Below are positions 50,910-63,438 of a stretch of DNA of 64,000 nt, piece after piece. The stretch comes from Vicugna vicugna (lineage: Eukaryota), in contig MU057521.1 of the NCBI GenBank assembly GCA_013265495.1, positions 1,066,335 to 1,130,334 on the forward strand. The letters run 5' to 3'. The notes beneath the pieces are model-generated. The model was not told the DNA's origin. It worked only from the letters and a program-made list of their open reading frames with translations, and searched no databases. Position 1 is the first letter of the stretch, and each line of letters starts with the position of its first letter. The position numbers were made by a program, and so were the translations under genes.

Positions 50910-51411
50910 GTTTTATTGGTTTCCAGTGGCTGCTATAACAAATTACCACAAACTTGGTGATTAAGTCAACATAAATTTATGGCCTCTCAGTTCTGGAGGC
51001 CAGCAGTCCAAAACCAGTACCACTGGGCCAAAATCTAGATGTCAGCAAGGCTGTGCACACTCCACACTCCACTCTGGCCTCTCACAGCTTCTAGTGGCTG
51101 CCACATTCCTTGACTTGTGGCCACATCATTCCAATCTTTAAGACCAGCATCTTCCAATCTTTCTCTGCTCCATCTTCACACTCCCTTCTCTTCTGGGAAA
51201 TCCCAAATCTCTCTCTGCCTCCCCTCATGAGGATATATGTGTATTTAGGTCTCACCTGGAAATCCACATAATCTTCCCATCTCCAGATCCTTACCTTAAT
51301 CACATCTGTAAGGACTTCCTTCCCTTTTTCAGTCATATCAGGTAATATTGATAGATTCTAGGGATTCAGAAATGAATCTCTTTGGAGGGGACAATTTTTC
51401 AGTCTACCACA
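50910..51411 (-). mobile_element. MLT1D-like LTR
   Basis: gctgctataacaaattaccacaaacttggtg...cagttctggaggccag...cagtctaccaca. Confidence 0.8.
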
Positions 51412-51761
51412 AAAATGGTATATCATTTTTTTTTTTGAAGGAATGGCCGCTGGATTTCCTGACAGATTAATTGTTGGGTGGGAAAGAGAAGGCTAAAGGG
51501 TAATCCCAAGACTTTTGGCAGGAGAACCTGGACTCTTTCTCAGAGCAAGATCCTGTAAAGAACAGGTTCAGGGGAGAAGACATGGAGCTCAGTTTTGGGC
51601 TATAAGTTTGAAAAGCCTATTAAGTAGCCAAGTGGTGGTTTAAGTAGCAAGTTAGACATAAATCTGATTTCAGAGAAGGCCAGAAAGGGATTATAAATTT
51701 GTGAATCACCAGACAATGGATGGAAGTCAAAGCCATGAGACAAAATGAGATTACCTAGCAG

Positions 51762-52325
51762 GTGGTATTGAACCATGTTCACTTGGCTAAACTGAGACTG
51801 TGCATCCCAGAATCTCTTTCCTTGTATGGTTCCAAATGAGCATGGCCCAAAAAGGAACTGTGCACGAAACTGGATGGTGGAAGTGAAGCAGTCATCATTA
51901 CTCTCTGAGGAGTGTTGGACTAGATGTTGAGAGAGACAGACATTGAAGTGCTGGTGGGCTCCAGATTGACCCCCACTTCCCACTCTGCATCCAGCTCCTC
52001 TTCCCAGCTGCTGGCCCTGTTGGCAACAGCAGCCTGAGGTCCACCGCCGGACTCAGCAGCAACAGCTTCCATAGATTCTCCATCTCTCTGCCGTGGTCCC
52101 ACAGAAGCGACTGGATGTGCCTTTGGAAGCTCCAACTCTGTGCCCACACCAGAGCTTCAGGAGGGCTGGATGGGAACTCTGCTCTGATGTCTTCAATCCC
52201 TCTTTCAGAACCTTCCTTCCCCAGCTTCTTCCACAGTCATATAAGGTCTTACCCCAACAACGAATCTCATTCTGTAATACTCATCATGGTCCTGCTTCCC
52301 TGGTTAAACTTTGGCTACCTGTACC
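51762..52325 (+). mobile_element. ERVL LTR (MLT2E/F-like)
   Basis: cacttggctaaactgagact...cccagaatctctttccttgtatggttcc; splits the L2. Confidence 0.55.
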
Positions 52326-52419
52326 CAGGGAGTAAATCCAGATGGGGAAGAGTCTAAGTACTGAGCCCCGGAGCACTCCAAAGTTTGGAAATCAGAGTGC
52401 CACTGTAGCTGATACAATG

Positions 52420-53385
52420 GGGGAAGGGGGGAACAGAATTTAAATTAAAATAATACAAAATTATAAATAAATATAAAAATGAACGTACATTTAGAATGTG
52501 AAAAGAGATCACCTCAAGTTATAATTTTTGAAAGATGGCAAATATAATCAATAATACAGTATTCTAAATTATTTAACTGCCTGATTCACACCCCTATAAT
52601 ACTTTTATCCGTATATTTTTTGGCTGCATACTTTTTGATCAACTCTTCATATTACAATTATTTTGTATTATTGTTTTCCACAGAGAAAAGGCAGAAATAA
52701 TCAGTGTTCCGTCTAGCATGATTGATCACAGTTTTAAAATTATTTTTCATTTATATGCATAAAGTGCATAAAATTGGTTCCTTTACACACAGACTTCCTT
52801 GCCGTTTACAGTCCTGGTAGAAGTTTGAGTTCCACACACACAGAAGAATCTGCTAAATTTGATTTCAAACAATCCCTATTTTAAAAATTAATTAAAATAT
52901 ACTGTATATGTATAATTGCATTCTCTTGTATTCCTGATAAAAGAACGTCCATTCTGATGTTATCAAAGAACTAAATTTTACAGAAAGAGCGTATTATTTT
53001 ACACATCTGACGATAAGAAGAATTTTCCACTGACTGCTTTTCAAACATTGTTTCTCTTTCAGTCTCATGTAATTCTGGTGCTGTAGGCCAGAACACGAAT
53101 TCACTGATATGATGATTCAATTGCTAACCAGCATCTTTTGTCTTGATGCCAGTTACATCAGCACACTAGGCAGTAGAAGTATTTCTTGAAGCCATTCCTA
53201 CTCCAGAGGAATAGAAATAACTCAAATATATACAAAATAAACTACAACAAGACACATACATCTACCCCACTAACCCAAACTAAAGGTGTCTCCAATTCAA
53301 CTTCTTCTTAGCTCCACCTCTAAAATACTTATAGTCACCAAAATACTTATAGCCATTCCAACATTCCAATACCATCCGACACAAG
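52420..53385. mobile_element. Decayed DNA transposon (hAT-Tip100-like)
   Basis: AT-rich block whose motifs resemble Zaphod/Arthur-type elements; family uncertain. Confidence 0.35.
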
Positions 53386-53389
53386 GGGA

Positions 53390-54085
53390 AATTTTAAACT
53401 TTCTCATATGGAAACATTCAAACATATGCAAAAGTAGACAGCATAGTATCATAAATTCCCATGTACTTGTCATCCAGTTTCAATAATTATTGACTCCTGG
53501 CCAATCTTATATTTCAGCAATATTTCACCTACTTTCCTCCTTCCTATATTGATTTGAAAAAAATTCTAGATATCACGTCACTTCATCTGTAAACGTTTCA
53601 AAATATATCTCTAAAATATAAGGATTCTTTAAAAAAAATAACAATACCATTATCACACTTCAGAAAAAATTAGTAATTCCTTTGTATCAGATATTGCATT
53701 CAAATTTCTATCGCATGAGATGCTGTATATTTATTTTTATATTTTAAAATAAAGTGGTAGTTAATTGGTATATTTCTTCAAGTTTTTTTTATTAACATGT
53801 AGATTTCCTATCTGTTTTTTTCTTGTAAATAATGTATTTAGGGAATCAGGTTATTTGTCCTCATAGCATTTCTTTCAGTCGGTATTTTTCCAATCACATC
53901 CCTCTGCTGTCATGTGCTTATTGTGTTTTCCTGTCCTCTGTATTTCCTCTTAATTGATAGTTGCATCTAGAAGCTGGGTAAGATTCTGGTTTGACATTTT
54001 TGGCAAGAAAATTTCAACTGGTAGTGTTGGAGGCACTTACCACCCGGTTGTTCCCCGTTTTTTGATGTTCGCAGCTGTTGATGAT
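53390..54085 (-). mobile_element. L1MC-like 3' end
   Basis: tggaaacattcaaacatatgcaaaagtagac, catgtacttgtcatccagtttcaata, acaataccattatcacac. Confidence 0.7.
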
Positions 54086-54088
54086 CAA

Positions 54089-54572
54089 TGTTGCCTTAGG
54101 ATGGAGTTCCCAAAACAAGCCAGAAGACAGGAACTATTGTAAAAGTACCCTGGGAAACCAGCATAGCACCTTGGGAAGGCACTGCATTTAGTATTTCGGG
54201 AGACAAGGTTGTGCAGGAAGCAGGCCAGGAAGGGGAAGAAGCCAAACAACAGTGTGATCTCAGGCAAAATCCCACAGAGGGCAGTTGTTCCTGATCCCAC
54301 AGGAAAACTTGGCAGTGTAGGCACTTCAGAATTGCACTGACACAAAGCAAGGATCTGAGTTCCCCTGCACCTCCTCCTTTCAGTGATTGGGCAAGACCAA
54401 GTGCATGCCCGCAGGAGGATCACTGGAGATGAGAAGAAACGAAAGGCCACGATCAGTATTGGGAGGATCATCTCTGTGGCTCTTGCAGTCATAAAGTCGT
54501 CCATATCCTGTGGCCTGTTAGTGAGGAAGGTCAGTCCTATAGTGTCCTTCTCCCACCCACCTGTACAACCAT
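54089..54572. mobile_element. ERVL LTR (LTR16/LTR33-like)
   Basis: tgttgccttaggatggagttccc...gggagacaagg...aggaagcaggccaggaaggggaagaagcc. Confidence 0.5.
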
Positions 54573-55394
54573 CATAAGGGCCATTGTTTCAAAGCAGACC
54601 TTCTAGGATGCCCTGCGAACAAGTTTATCAACTGAAATAGCACAATAGGGCAGGATGCCGGAGGTCCATCACCAGTCAAACTTTCTTCTTCACATTACCT
54701 ATTTTAGAAATGAATGCCTGACTCTGAAAGGGGGAAAATGCCCTAATGCTTCAAATCAAGCCATCTAAATATTAGTTTTGTCATTTATCTCCTAAAATAT
54801 TGCCACCTGTCATGTTGAGAAATTTCACTTTGTGTGTGTGTGTCAGAAATTTGTCCATCTGTATGAAAAGTTCTGTAGAGAACTTTTCTGTACAGAAGGT
54901 CAAATTCTTTGTTCTCTACCAGCATTTGTGCCCATAGACAAGATAACTATGAATGAACCCTGTGCGCTCCTAACCAAGGTCAAAAGACAACAGGAAGCAA
55001 AACCACTGACGACAAAATACGGAGCTACCAAGGGCCCCAGCTACTCATCTTCTAATAGGAAATCCTCCAGATCATTTTAACTCACCTGTCTCTCATCAAG
55101 TCCTGGCTTTTGCCAAATGCTGACAGTTTTCCCTTCGCATTTCCCAACCCTGCTCTACCCCTCTCACTGTCCTTTTTCAAAGTCAGAGTTGTTCCAAGGA
55201 AATGGAAAATGTGATCAAAATAAATATCCAAACTGACTTGGAGAAGAACAAGTGAAGTCTCAGAACAATCAGAGAGAGCCTAGAGAGGGAGGCTAGGGGG
55301 AGGAAAGGAAGCCAGCGTGAGTCTTGCCTAGGACTGTGGTAGCAGCAGGTGCTAAGAATGGAAGAATTAAGCTTGTGGATGAACGAATATGACC

Positions 55395-55419
55395 TGGTTG
55401 GTTGGTTGGTTGGTTGGTT
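55395..55419. repeat. (TGGT)n microsatellite
   Basis: Seen directly. Confidence 0.9.
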
Positions 55420-56659
55420 TGACCAGGATCATCTCATTGCCAACATCACACTGGCAGGGGAAGGGGAAGCCTGAGACTCAAGAACCCCTGCTCCATCTAT
55501 AACCACAGTTCACATCGTGACCCATTGCAGCTTTTTTCCTTCTGGTACCCTCAACTCCAAACCAGTTGCAGCTGAGTTCATTTGAAATGCTGCCGCCAAG
55601 AATCTCATTACTACTTTCCTGCCAGACTCTGCCTTAGTGTGGGTTTCTTTGAAATAGGATCGGGAGCCTTACCAAACACTTCCCTGTCCACAGAGCACCC
55701 TGGGTGACCTTGCTGCCCTTGAGTCTCCTTTCCAGACTCCTCCCTCTTCCCTCAAGAAACCTAGCTCCCCAACCTCTCAGGACATTTCTCCAAAGCTTAC
55801 CTCCTTGACAAGAACTGAAGGCCCACCCCAACTCCCCACATGTCTCCTGCCATCAGTCATTAATCCCAAATTCATACAGGTCGTCTTTCGTCCACGGACT
55901 GAATGATGCCGTTGATTTCCTAGTGCGTGTCTTTCTGACAGTTTCTCTGCTGCCCGAGGAAAGTTCTTCCTCTACCCTTGTGTGACCTTCCCCGCATTGG
56001 CCTTTGGCGCCCCCAAAAGGGCAACACAGAGAAGTGGTTTTACTGTTTCACATCCCAGAAGACGGAGTATCCTATCCACGGTATCTGTCCCGATATGAGG
56101 TTAAATGTGGGGATGATCCTGACAGCCAGAAACAGAATTTTCCCCCCTAAATTTGGCTTTGCAGGACAGATGAGGCACTGAATGGGTCACAACAACTCAG
56201 CAGGACTGAAGACGGCTGTCATTTTTACAGCTTTCCGAAAGCATCTGGAAACTGTAGCAATGTATAATTTGTCTCTAATAAATATTTTTCCTTATAACAG
56301 TAACAATATTGTAATTAAATTAGAAAATTAAATTAGAAATTAAATTATAGAAAAATTGAAAAAATATGAAAACATTACAAAAGAAAATAAAACCAGCTCT
56401 AATCTCAGTAAATGGAAGTAACAGCTATTATTATTTTAGGGCATTGTCTGCCTATGTTTTTCTACACGTAGGCAATACATTATTGAAGTTAATTTATATT
56501 CATATAATATGAATTGCTTATTCATGAAAATTTAAATTATTTTTATGAATATGCTCTGCATCCCTGAGGAAAAGTGTTACGTTTCACTATTTAAATTCTT
56601 CATTTTTTAAAATGAGTTAACTGATACCTGACTACTCCTATTGAAAGGTTCTGGCAGAT

Positions 56660-56880
56660 TTTGAGGTCAACAGAGTAAAGTACTGATCTACTTTGTACCA
56701 CTTAACAGCTCTATGACCTGAACAAGTTTCTTAAATCTTCTGCGCCTCAGTTTCCTCTCATTTAAAATGGGAATAATTAATAGTGTCTACTTTAAAAGAG
56801 TTAATGTGACAATAAAAGGGGAAATTGCTTAGACCAGTGTCTGGTGTGCAGTATCAAATAAAGGTTACTTATCATAATTA
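56660..56880 (+). mobile_element. MIR
   Basis: cacttaacagctctatgacctgaacaagtttcttaaatcttctgcgcctcagtttcctc...aaaatgggaataat. Confidence 0.8.
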
Positions 56881-57187
56881 TCTCTACCATCTCTGTATTA
56901 TATTACGCCATATGTATGTATGTCATACATATAGAATTGCAGCTTCCTTAAGTGCTAAAATAATAAAGAAATTTTATTTCGTGATAATTAGAATTTCACT
57001 TTGTGGTGCCAGAAGCAACCTTTATCTCAAATGATTTTCTTTATAAATTAACATTTCTGTTTTTCTGCCAAATTTAACTCCTCACCTCCTGCAGAAACCC
57101 CCTTAGACATCCCCGAGTAATGACCTTTGCTTAAATAGCACCTATGCTGGGAAGTTTATCACATCTCCGATGAACAGAAACAAATAC

Positions 57188-57669
57188 TTATCTCAACTTC
57201 ACACAGGAAAAGCCAATTAAACAGTGGCTTAAATAAAGCAAGAGTTTTATTCTTTTCATATAATGAGTCCAGAGGTAGGTGGGGTGGGAATGGTCAGTAG
57301 CTCTGGTGCCATCAATGACCCACCCTGTCCTAGCTGTCTGCTCCTTCCTTCTCTGACCGGCCCTGGCCTTCAGCCCCGTGTTGCTAAGAAGTGTCCTACC
57401 TCCAGGCCCTGCCTCTGCACTCCAGGAAAGGAGGGAGGAAAGCATGAAAACTCAACCTGCTGAGTCAGCCCCTCTGTACAAAGGGGTTCCCAAAAGCCTC
57501 ACCAGGCAACGTGCTCTTATATCTCATTGCCCAGACTATGTCACCTGGCCACACCTAGCAAAGGTTGAAGTCAAGGTTTTAGGGGGCCACCCTGAGCAAA
57601 ACTGAGGTTCAACTAGTGAAAAAAGACAAGGATAATTGATGTTGTTGGTAGGCATCAGGGTCTGCCACA
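57188..57669 (-). mobile_element. Old MLT1 LTR (J/K-like)
   Basis: aacagtggcttaaataa; cttatatctcattgcccagactatgtcacctggccacacctagc; ends tctgccaca. Confidence 0.7.
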
Positions 57670-58279
57670 AGCACTGAGCCTACATTCCACTTTTATTCCT
57701 TCCCACCTGGAAAGAGGAGCAGTCAGAGGCTCCCAGAATAGCTCAAAGCTCAAGGGACCGACTCTGACCCATCTGGGAAATAATGCACTTAGGAGATGAA
57801 GTCAAGAAGGGAGGAATCACTGAGAACAAACAGAATAGCAGGCCGACACTGGCTTCCCCTGGGAAAAGACGCTGGATAAAGGCCCCGGGAGGACCTCCAG
57901 CTGGTCTGGTAGAGCTGGGAGGCTGGGAGTGGGAGAGATCAAGCTGAAGACGGAAATAAAAACAGCTGTTGGCTACATCTGCTGGCCTGCAGGGGTTGGT
58001 TTGTGCACATGCGGTAGAACAGTTCTATTTGATCCAGGCCCTTGTAGAAATCACTGCCTCCTTCACTTCTTAAGTGGTTGGAATGACTCTTTTCCCATTT
58101 AAGATTTACATTCACTTGGGCTACACATGGGCTGTCGGCCTGAACCTGGGGAAGCACCACACTCGGTACACAAGCGCATAGAGCTTCCTTACCACCCATC
58201 ACTCAAGGAGTTTTTTTCATGGTTTATCACAGACTTCGTTCTCCCTGCAGTCAGGCCCTGGGCTGAGCGTACTACTTCC

Positions 58280-58435
58280 TGGATTATTTATCCTTTTAAT
58301 GACCTTAACATGATTGCAGTTTTAAGATGAGAGACCTGAGGCTCCAGAGGGAACTTTCTCCAAGGCCTCCCAAATTGTGGGTAGCAGGGCCGAGGTTCAA
58401 ACCCAGGGCTGCTGGACTGATTTCGAAGGCCTGTG
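58280..58435 (-). mobile_element. MIR
   Basis: gatgagagacctgaggctccagag...gcagggccgaggttcaaacccagg. Confidence 0.7.
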
Positions 58436-58856
58436 CATGTAACAAAAGCCCTCTGCCTGTTGTCTCGGAGCCAGGAAGGAGCTAGTCTGACCTCCTCATT
58501 TGCAGAAGAAACTGTAGGGCCTGGAGGTGTCGGAGACCTGCCCCAGACTGACAGTTATAAAAGGCATAGTCAGCTCTCTTCTTTGACACAAACTCAGTCT
58601 ACATAACTGATGCCTTTCATGATTTAGAGGCTACATTTCAGTTTTTGCCAGAGATGAACATCATTTTCAAACTTTAATGTTCCTTCAAGACATTCCATTA
58701 ATCACATTACTACTTTTACTTTATAGACTAACAAAAGAAATAGCTTTTTAAAAAAAAGAAAGAAAAAGAAAAATCACATCCAAAATACAAAGAGTTGGGG
58801 GAACTTAGCAGGATTCTGGTCTAGATACATTTTAGTTTTGTGAGTTTTCTGAAAAC

Positions 58857-58984
58857 CAAAAAAAAAAAAAAGGGAAAAACGTCTTGAAATCCATCCAAAT
58901 AAACTTTTTTTCCTTCATCACAAAAAAAAAAAAAAGGGAAAAACGTCTTGAAATCCATCCAAATAAACTTTTTTTCCTTCATCA
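58857..58984. repeat. Perfect 64-bp tandem duplication
   Basis: c(a14)gggaaaaacgtcttgaaatccatccaaataaac(t7)ccttcatca occurs twice, at 58857-58920 and 58921-58984. Confidence 0.95.
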
Positions 58985-59679
58985 CAGAGGAACCAGTCAG
59001 GAGGCAAATGGTGGTCCCTTCAGGTGGCCAGGTGACACACTGTTCCACCCCTTGTCACCCAGTCTTCCTCTGTTCCTCAGGGAAGCCTTCCCTGACCTAC
59101 TTTTCTAAATGAAATTCCCCCTTGCAACACATTTGGGATTCTGCTCCCAGCCATGGCAGATTAACTGGTCCTGGACTAGCCCTCCTACAGTAACTGTAAC
59201 ATCGGATAAAACATATGAAATTACAGTTTTCAGAAGGTGGGCAAAAGACAGCACAAGACGCTGAGTCTTGTCATCCCCTTTCTGACTGCAGGCACACGCC
59301 AGATTGTGGCACAGGGAGGAAGCCAAACAGAGCGCAGGGGGCTTGCTGAACTGGGGAGATGGGAATTGGAAGTATGGGCTGAGACAGTTGGATCGTGCAG
59401 GGCAAAGTACACAGAGGAGGGAGCTGTGCAGAGAGGGAGTTCCAGATAGCTGCCTGGGGGCCGCCTGGAGGCTTTGGCTAAATATCAGGCTACTCATTCA
59501 TAGGGTGAGACTCTGAGGCTGATCAAAGAACACTGGATAACTGACAGCTGAGCAATACTGGTGCCTCCAGCAGGTCTGGGAGATGCTCAAAGCTGACCTG
59601 GCAGGGCAATGCCCTTGACCTTAGGCACTCAATAGAGACCCCAGAAGGTTACTCTGGGCTTGCCCCAACACAGCTTTAA

Positions 59680-60380
59680 ACCAGCCTTTGAAAATATGAA
59701 ACTGATCTTCAGCCAGAACAAAAGTCAGTACTATTAAAGGCAACAACATCTAGACACTTAACTATGTAGCATCCGTAATCTGTAGTATACAATACATAAT
59801 TTCCAGACATGTAAAGAAGCAGCAAGATATTAGCCACAACCAGGAGAAAAACAGTCAATTGAAAGACTTAGAAATGACAGAGACGATGGAATTAGATGGT
59901 AAGAACTTTAAAACAGTGGTTTTTTTTAAATGGGCAAAAGATTTGAACAAACACTTCACCAAAGAAGATATATGACATTATCAAATTAGCACATAAGTCA
60001 TGAGGGAAATATACATTAAAATAACAATGAGATACCACTACACACCTATTAGGATGTTTAAAATTTTAAAAGATTAACCATGCCAAGTGTTGTCAAGGAC
60101 ATGGAGGAAATGGGACTCTCATACTCTTGTAGTGTAAATTTAAAAATGGCACAAACACTTTGGAATACAGTTTGGAAATTTCTTTCTAAAAAATAAACAT
60201 TCACTTACTATATTATCCAGCCATTCCACTCATAAGCTTTTATCCAAGAGAAAGGGAAATATATGTTCATGCAAAAACTTATACATAGATGTTTATAACA
60301 GCTTTACTTATAATAACCCCAAACAGGAAACAACCCCAAAGCCCATTATAAGATGAATAAATTAACGAAGTGTAGTATAT
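59680..60380 (+). mobile_element. Old L1M fragments (ORF2 3' part and an upstream piece)
   Basis: aaatgggcaaaagatttgaacaaacacttcaccaaagaagata; acaatgagataccactacacacctattag; cagccattccactc. Confidence 0.8.
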
Positions 60381-60394
60381 GTCAAGGTAGGAAC

Positions 60395-60740
60395 TGTGAA
60401 AGGGTTTGAGGTGTCACTCTGCCTGCAGGCTCACAAGGTATCTTGTCAGTTTCATCAATACAGGCAGAAGACATAGGACTTTTGGGTCAGAGACAGAAAA
60501 CAGGTCATTACTCACAGTAACAGCGGTACCCAGAGTAACACCACTGCGTCCTTTCTCTGAGCTGCAGTCCCACTGGGTGACAGGAAGGGAGCCAGGTGCT
60601 GCCTGCACACACAGTGGGTCTGTTACAGGCGAGGAAACATTGAGATCTGGAAGCCCTGACTTCTCTACGGGCGCTACTGCCCAACCTGCCCCCCACCCCC
60701 TCTGGAGAGCGGTACCTGCACCAGGATTTCTGTGAAGACA
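60395..60740 (-). mobile_element. ERVL-type LTR fragment (MER76-like)
   Basis: tgtgaaagggtttgag...ggcagaagacataggacttttgggtcagagac...attactcacag. Confidence 0.5.
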
Positions 60741-61730
60741 ACTAAGTCAACTTCTATCGGCAACTGTCGCCAAACGCTTAAGTTTTCTACTGCTGCATAA
60801 CGAACTACCACACATTCAGCAGCTTAAAGCCGCACCCTTCTGTTATCTTGCAGTTTCTGTGGGTCGGACTTCTGGGCGAGGCGGAGAGCGGTTCCTGCTC
60901 CGCGTCTCACAAGCCTGATGTCAAGGTGTCAGCCGGGCTGCGCTCTCCCCTGGGGCGCGGGGTCTCCGTCCGCAGGCCTCCGGGCACGGGGGACCCCGGC
61001 TCCTGCGGCTATGGTCTTAGCGCAGGCGGAGAGCGAGACGCGAGCGGAGGACCGGGCGCTCCGGCCAAATGGCGGGAAACGGCGGGAATCGCGTATCCTG
61101 TGAACCCCCGCGGTCCTTGGGCGGACAAGGGAAAGTAGGAGCCTCGAGACTGACAGGAGACCACACATTTGGGGGTGACAGGATTCTAGAGGCAAAGAAA
61201 GGTGGGAAAAGGCGGGAAACTCTGCCGCTCGAGTGTCACCTTTTGCTCATTATGCCCTCATTTCAATAAAATTAGCCTCGCAGATAAGAAGCTCCCTCAG
61301 GCGCCGACGCCATGACACTTCCGGCCAGGGCCAAACGCGGACGAAACTCCCTCCTCCCCTCGGGAGGGTGGGGCTGGGATGGAAAGCAGGAAATATGGCC
61401 CCAAGCCCCTCCCTCCCCGATGCATAGTCCACCCGCTCACCTTTACACCCCACATAACCAGTTTGCCACAGAAAGTCAGGGCCGCTACTCATCTGTTTGC
61501 CCTCTCTCTCCTTCAGAGCGAACTATCGCCTAATACTAAATCCTCTAATAAATCCTCGCTTCGCTTTCGCGACCTGCGAGTTTCCTCTCTGAATTTTTTC
61601 TAAGACAGGACAAGAACCGACTCTCAGGTAACAATACAACTACGTCTCTGTTTTCTTGCTGGCTGTTCAGCCAGGGGATGCTCTCTGTCCTGCAGGCTGC
61701 CCTCGGCCCCTAGCCGCGTGGTATCACAAC
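60630..61730. promoter_or_regulatory. CpG island and candidate LTR-derived promoter
   Basis: Only extended CpG-rich region in the window; ccaaatggcgg (YY1-like) at 61065-61075, ggcgggaa (E2F) at 61071, 61081 and 61211, cacttccgg (ETS) at 61316-61324. Confidence 0.6.
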
Positions 61731-61800
61731 AAGGCAGCTTATTTCTTCAAAGGAAGCAGGAGAATCCTCTCCAGGATGTATTCTTACGGAATACAGGTGT
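60775..61800 (-). mobile_element. MLT1E-like LTR split by an ERV1 LTR
   Basis: ctgctgcataacgaactaccaca...cagtttctgtgggtcgga on the left; ttttcttgctggctgt...ggcagcttatttcttcaaag resumes after 61633. Confidence 0.7.
61015..61633 (+). mobile_element. ERV1-class solo LTR, CpG-rich
   Basis: AATAAA at 61547-61552; U5-like tgaattttttctaagacaggacaagaacc; ends ggtaaca; 5' end tcttagc is an imperfect inverted match; TSD poor (atgg/atac). Confidence 0.7.
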
Positions 61801-61915
61801 CGGATAAAAGTAGGGTTTGCTTTTTTCTAAGGAATCAGAGTACAAAGCGTTCAGCATGTAGGTAACCAGCACCGCCTGAATAGGCATATGCGTGTTAATT
61901 AGTTGCTTTTAGATA

Positions 61916-62328
61916 CGAGGACGGAAAAAATGCACAACCTGCAAGTTGAGAATTACTTTTTATTTGGTGGACTTGAGCCTGGAAGACAGCCTCTCAGATA
62001 ACTCTGAGGGACGGCTCTGAAGAAGTAAGGGAGGAGCCAGGATATACAGGAGTTTTGCCACAAAAACCAGATAGTCAGAAGATTACTGTTAATTAAAGAA
62101 AACCAGACATCTCAAGTTAACGAATTTAGCGCACTTTTCTACGTATGGGAAGATACAAGAGGAATCATTCCTTTGATAGGAACCATAACTGTCTAGGGCC
62201 ATAGGCGGCTTTTCTCCCCCACACCCCCTCCCCGGGTGCACAGTTTTGGGCGGCTGCAGTGACTGCTGGCTTGACGGCCTGCAACATCCTGCGTTTACTG
62301 ATATGGCAGGCAACATTTTTCACCCACA
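61916..62328 (-). mobile_element. ERV1-class solo LTR (artiodactyl type)
   Basis: Perfect 4-bp TSD gata at 61912-61915 and 62329-62332; minus strand starts tgtgggtgaaaaatgttgcc; AATAAA on the minus strand near 61960. Confidence 0.8.
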
Positions 62329-62849
62329 GATAACATGTTGGATCTTTAAAATCCTGCATACAAGTAAATTAAACCTAAAAAAGCACTTACGTTCACCATG
62401 GAAGTACTCATGAAGGTGATGGAAAGAATAAGGTTAGCAAACGAGAAAACTGTGGGTTTCTGAAGAAGAGAAGAGACCTGGACTGTCTTATTGTTTCCAG
62501 GCAAGTTTCTCTCCCAGCCCCTTCACTGCTCTTACTCAGGGGTCTAGTGATTCCCTCAAGCAGTGGAAACTCCAGCTCAGATCTTTCTTGGCCTCTCTGG
62601 GATAGCTGATACCATTTACTACGATCTAGAAATTCTCTCCCACCTGACTTTGGGGGCATCACTTCTTCTTATTCTCAACCTCTTCCTCTTTCTCTAGTCC
62701 CTCTCAGCCCCTTTCACTGGTTTCTTTCACTCTACAACGCCAGCCTTGGCCCCACAAATTTTGGTACTTGGCAGGGCTCGCCTTTGCTCCTTGCTTTCTT
62801 TGTATGCACCCTGGCTTCAACTCTCACCCAGAAACTTATCATCCAGTGC

Positions 62850-63050
62850 AGCCTAGGACCTGATGCTGTGCCAGACCCTGGATAAGCATTGGACATGTCA
62901 CAGTGAATAAGACACAACCCCCATTCTTAAAGATGGTAAGGGAAACCTCACCCACTCTTGTGGGTACAAGTGAGAGAAATCTTCCTGGAGGAAGAAACAT
63001 TGATCTGAGTCTAGGATGGATGAGAAGAAAGATTGCGAATGGATGCTAAT
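62850..63050 (-). mobile_element. L2 fragment
   Basis: tgtgccagaccctgg...cagtgaataagacac...cttcctggaggaagaaacatt. Confidence 0.65.
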
Positions 63051-63059
63051 AAAATTGCG

Positions 63060-63410
63060 TAAGACTTCTATGCAAAAATATTATCTATTGAAAGGCATAA
63101 AAATGGCCTGAATAAATGGAGAGATACATGGATGAGAAGGCTCAACATCAAAAAGTTTTCAGTTCTTTTACTTCCATATGTATTTACTATGTAGGTATGG
63201 TACATGATACATAAAAATGGTATCATACTGTACATATCTAGTTGAACTTGGCTGTTTTCAGTCAATATTAGGTTTTTATGATCTATTCATGTTGATAAAT
63301 GTAGATCTAATCCATTAGTTTTAACTACTGAATTGAATTCCACTCTGTGGAGTAAATCAGTACATTTATTATTTCCTTACTGAGAGACAGTTATTTTGTT
63401 TCCTTGTGTT
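63060..63410. mobile_element. Old L1 fragments in opposite orientations
   Basis: Plus-strand aataaatggagagatac (ORF2-like), then minus-strand aaaaatggtatcatactgtaca...atctattcatgttg. Confidence 0.6.
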
Positions 63411-63438
63411 TCTCTGTTGTTTTGTCTTCCATTTCCAG

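Larger units (their letters stand above)
50170..52400 (-). mobile_element. Long L2 interrupted by two LTRs
   Basis: tttattcagca...tgctaggcattgaggatacaacagtgaa; gatgggaagcaattgaagagttt; ggagctcagttttggg; aagccatgagac. Confidence 0.8.

Noticed and set aside
54865..54896. 10-bp inverted repeat gaaaagttct/agaacttttc overlapping the palindrome ttctgtacagaa
   Set aside because: Too short for a miRNA hairpin, spacing does not fit a clean heat-shock element, and plausible by chance
58857..58984. CRISPR-like repeat array
   Set aside because: Only two adjacent units, no spacers, and the DNA is eukaryotic
60848..61603. GC-rich overlapping ORFs as a first coding exon
   Set aside because: Stop codons are rare in GC-rich DNA, and the sequence is LTR-derived
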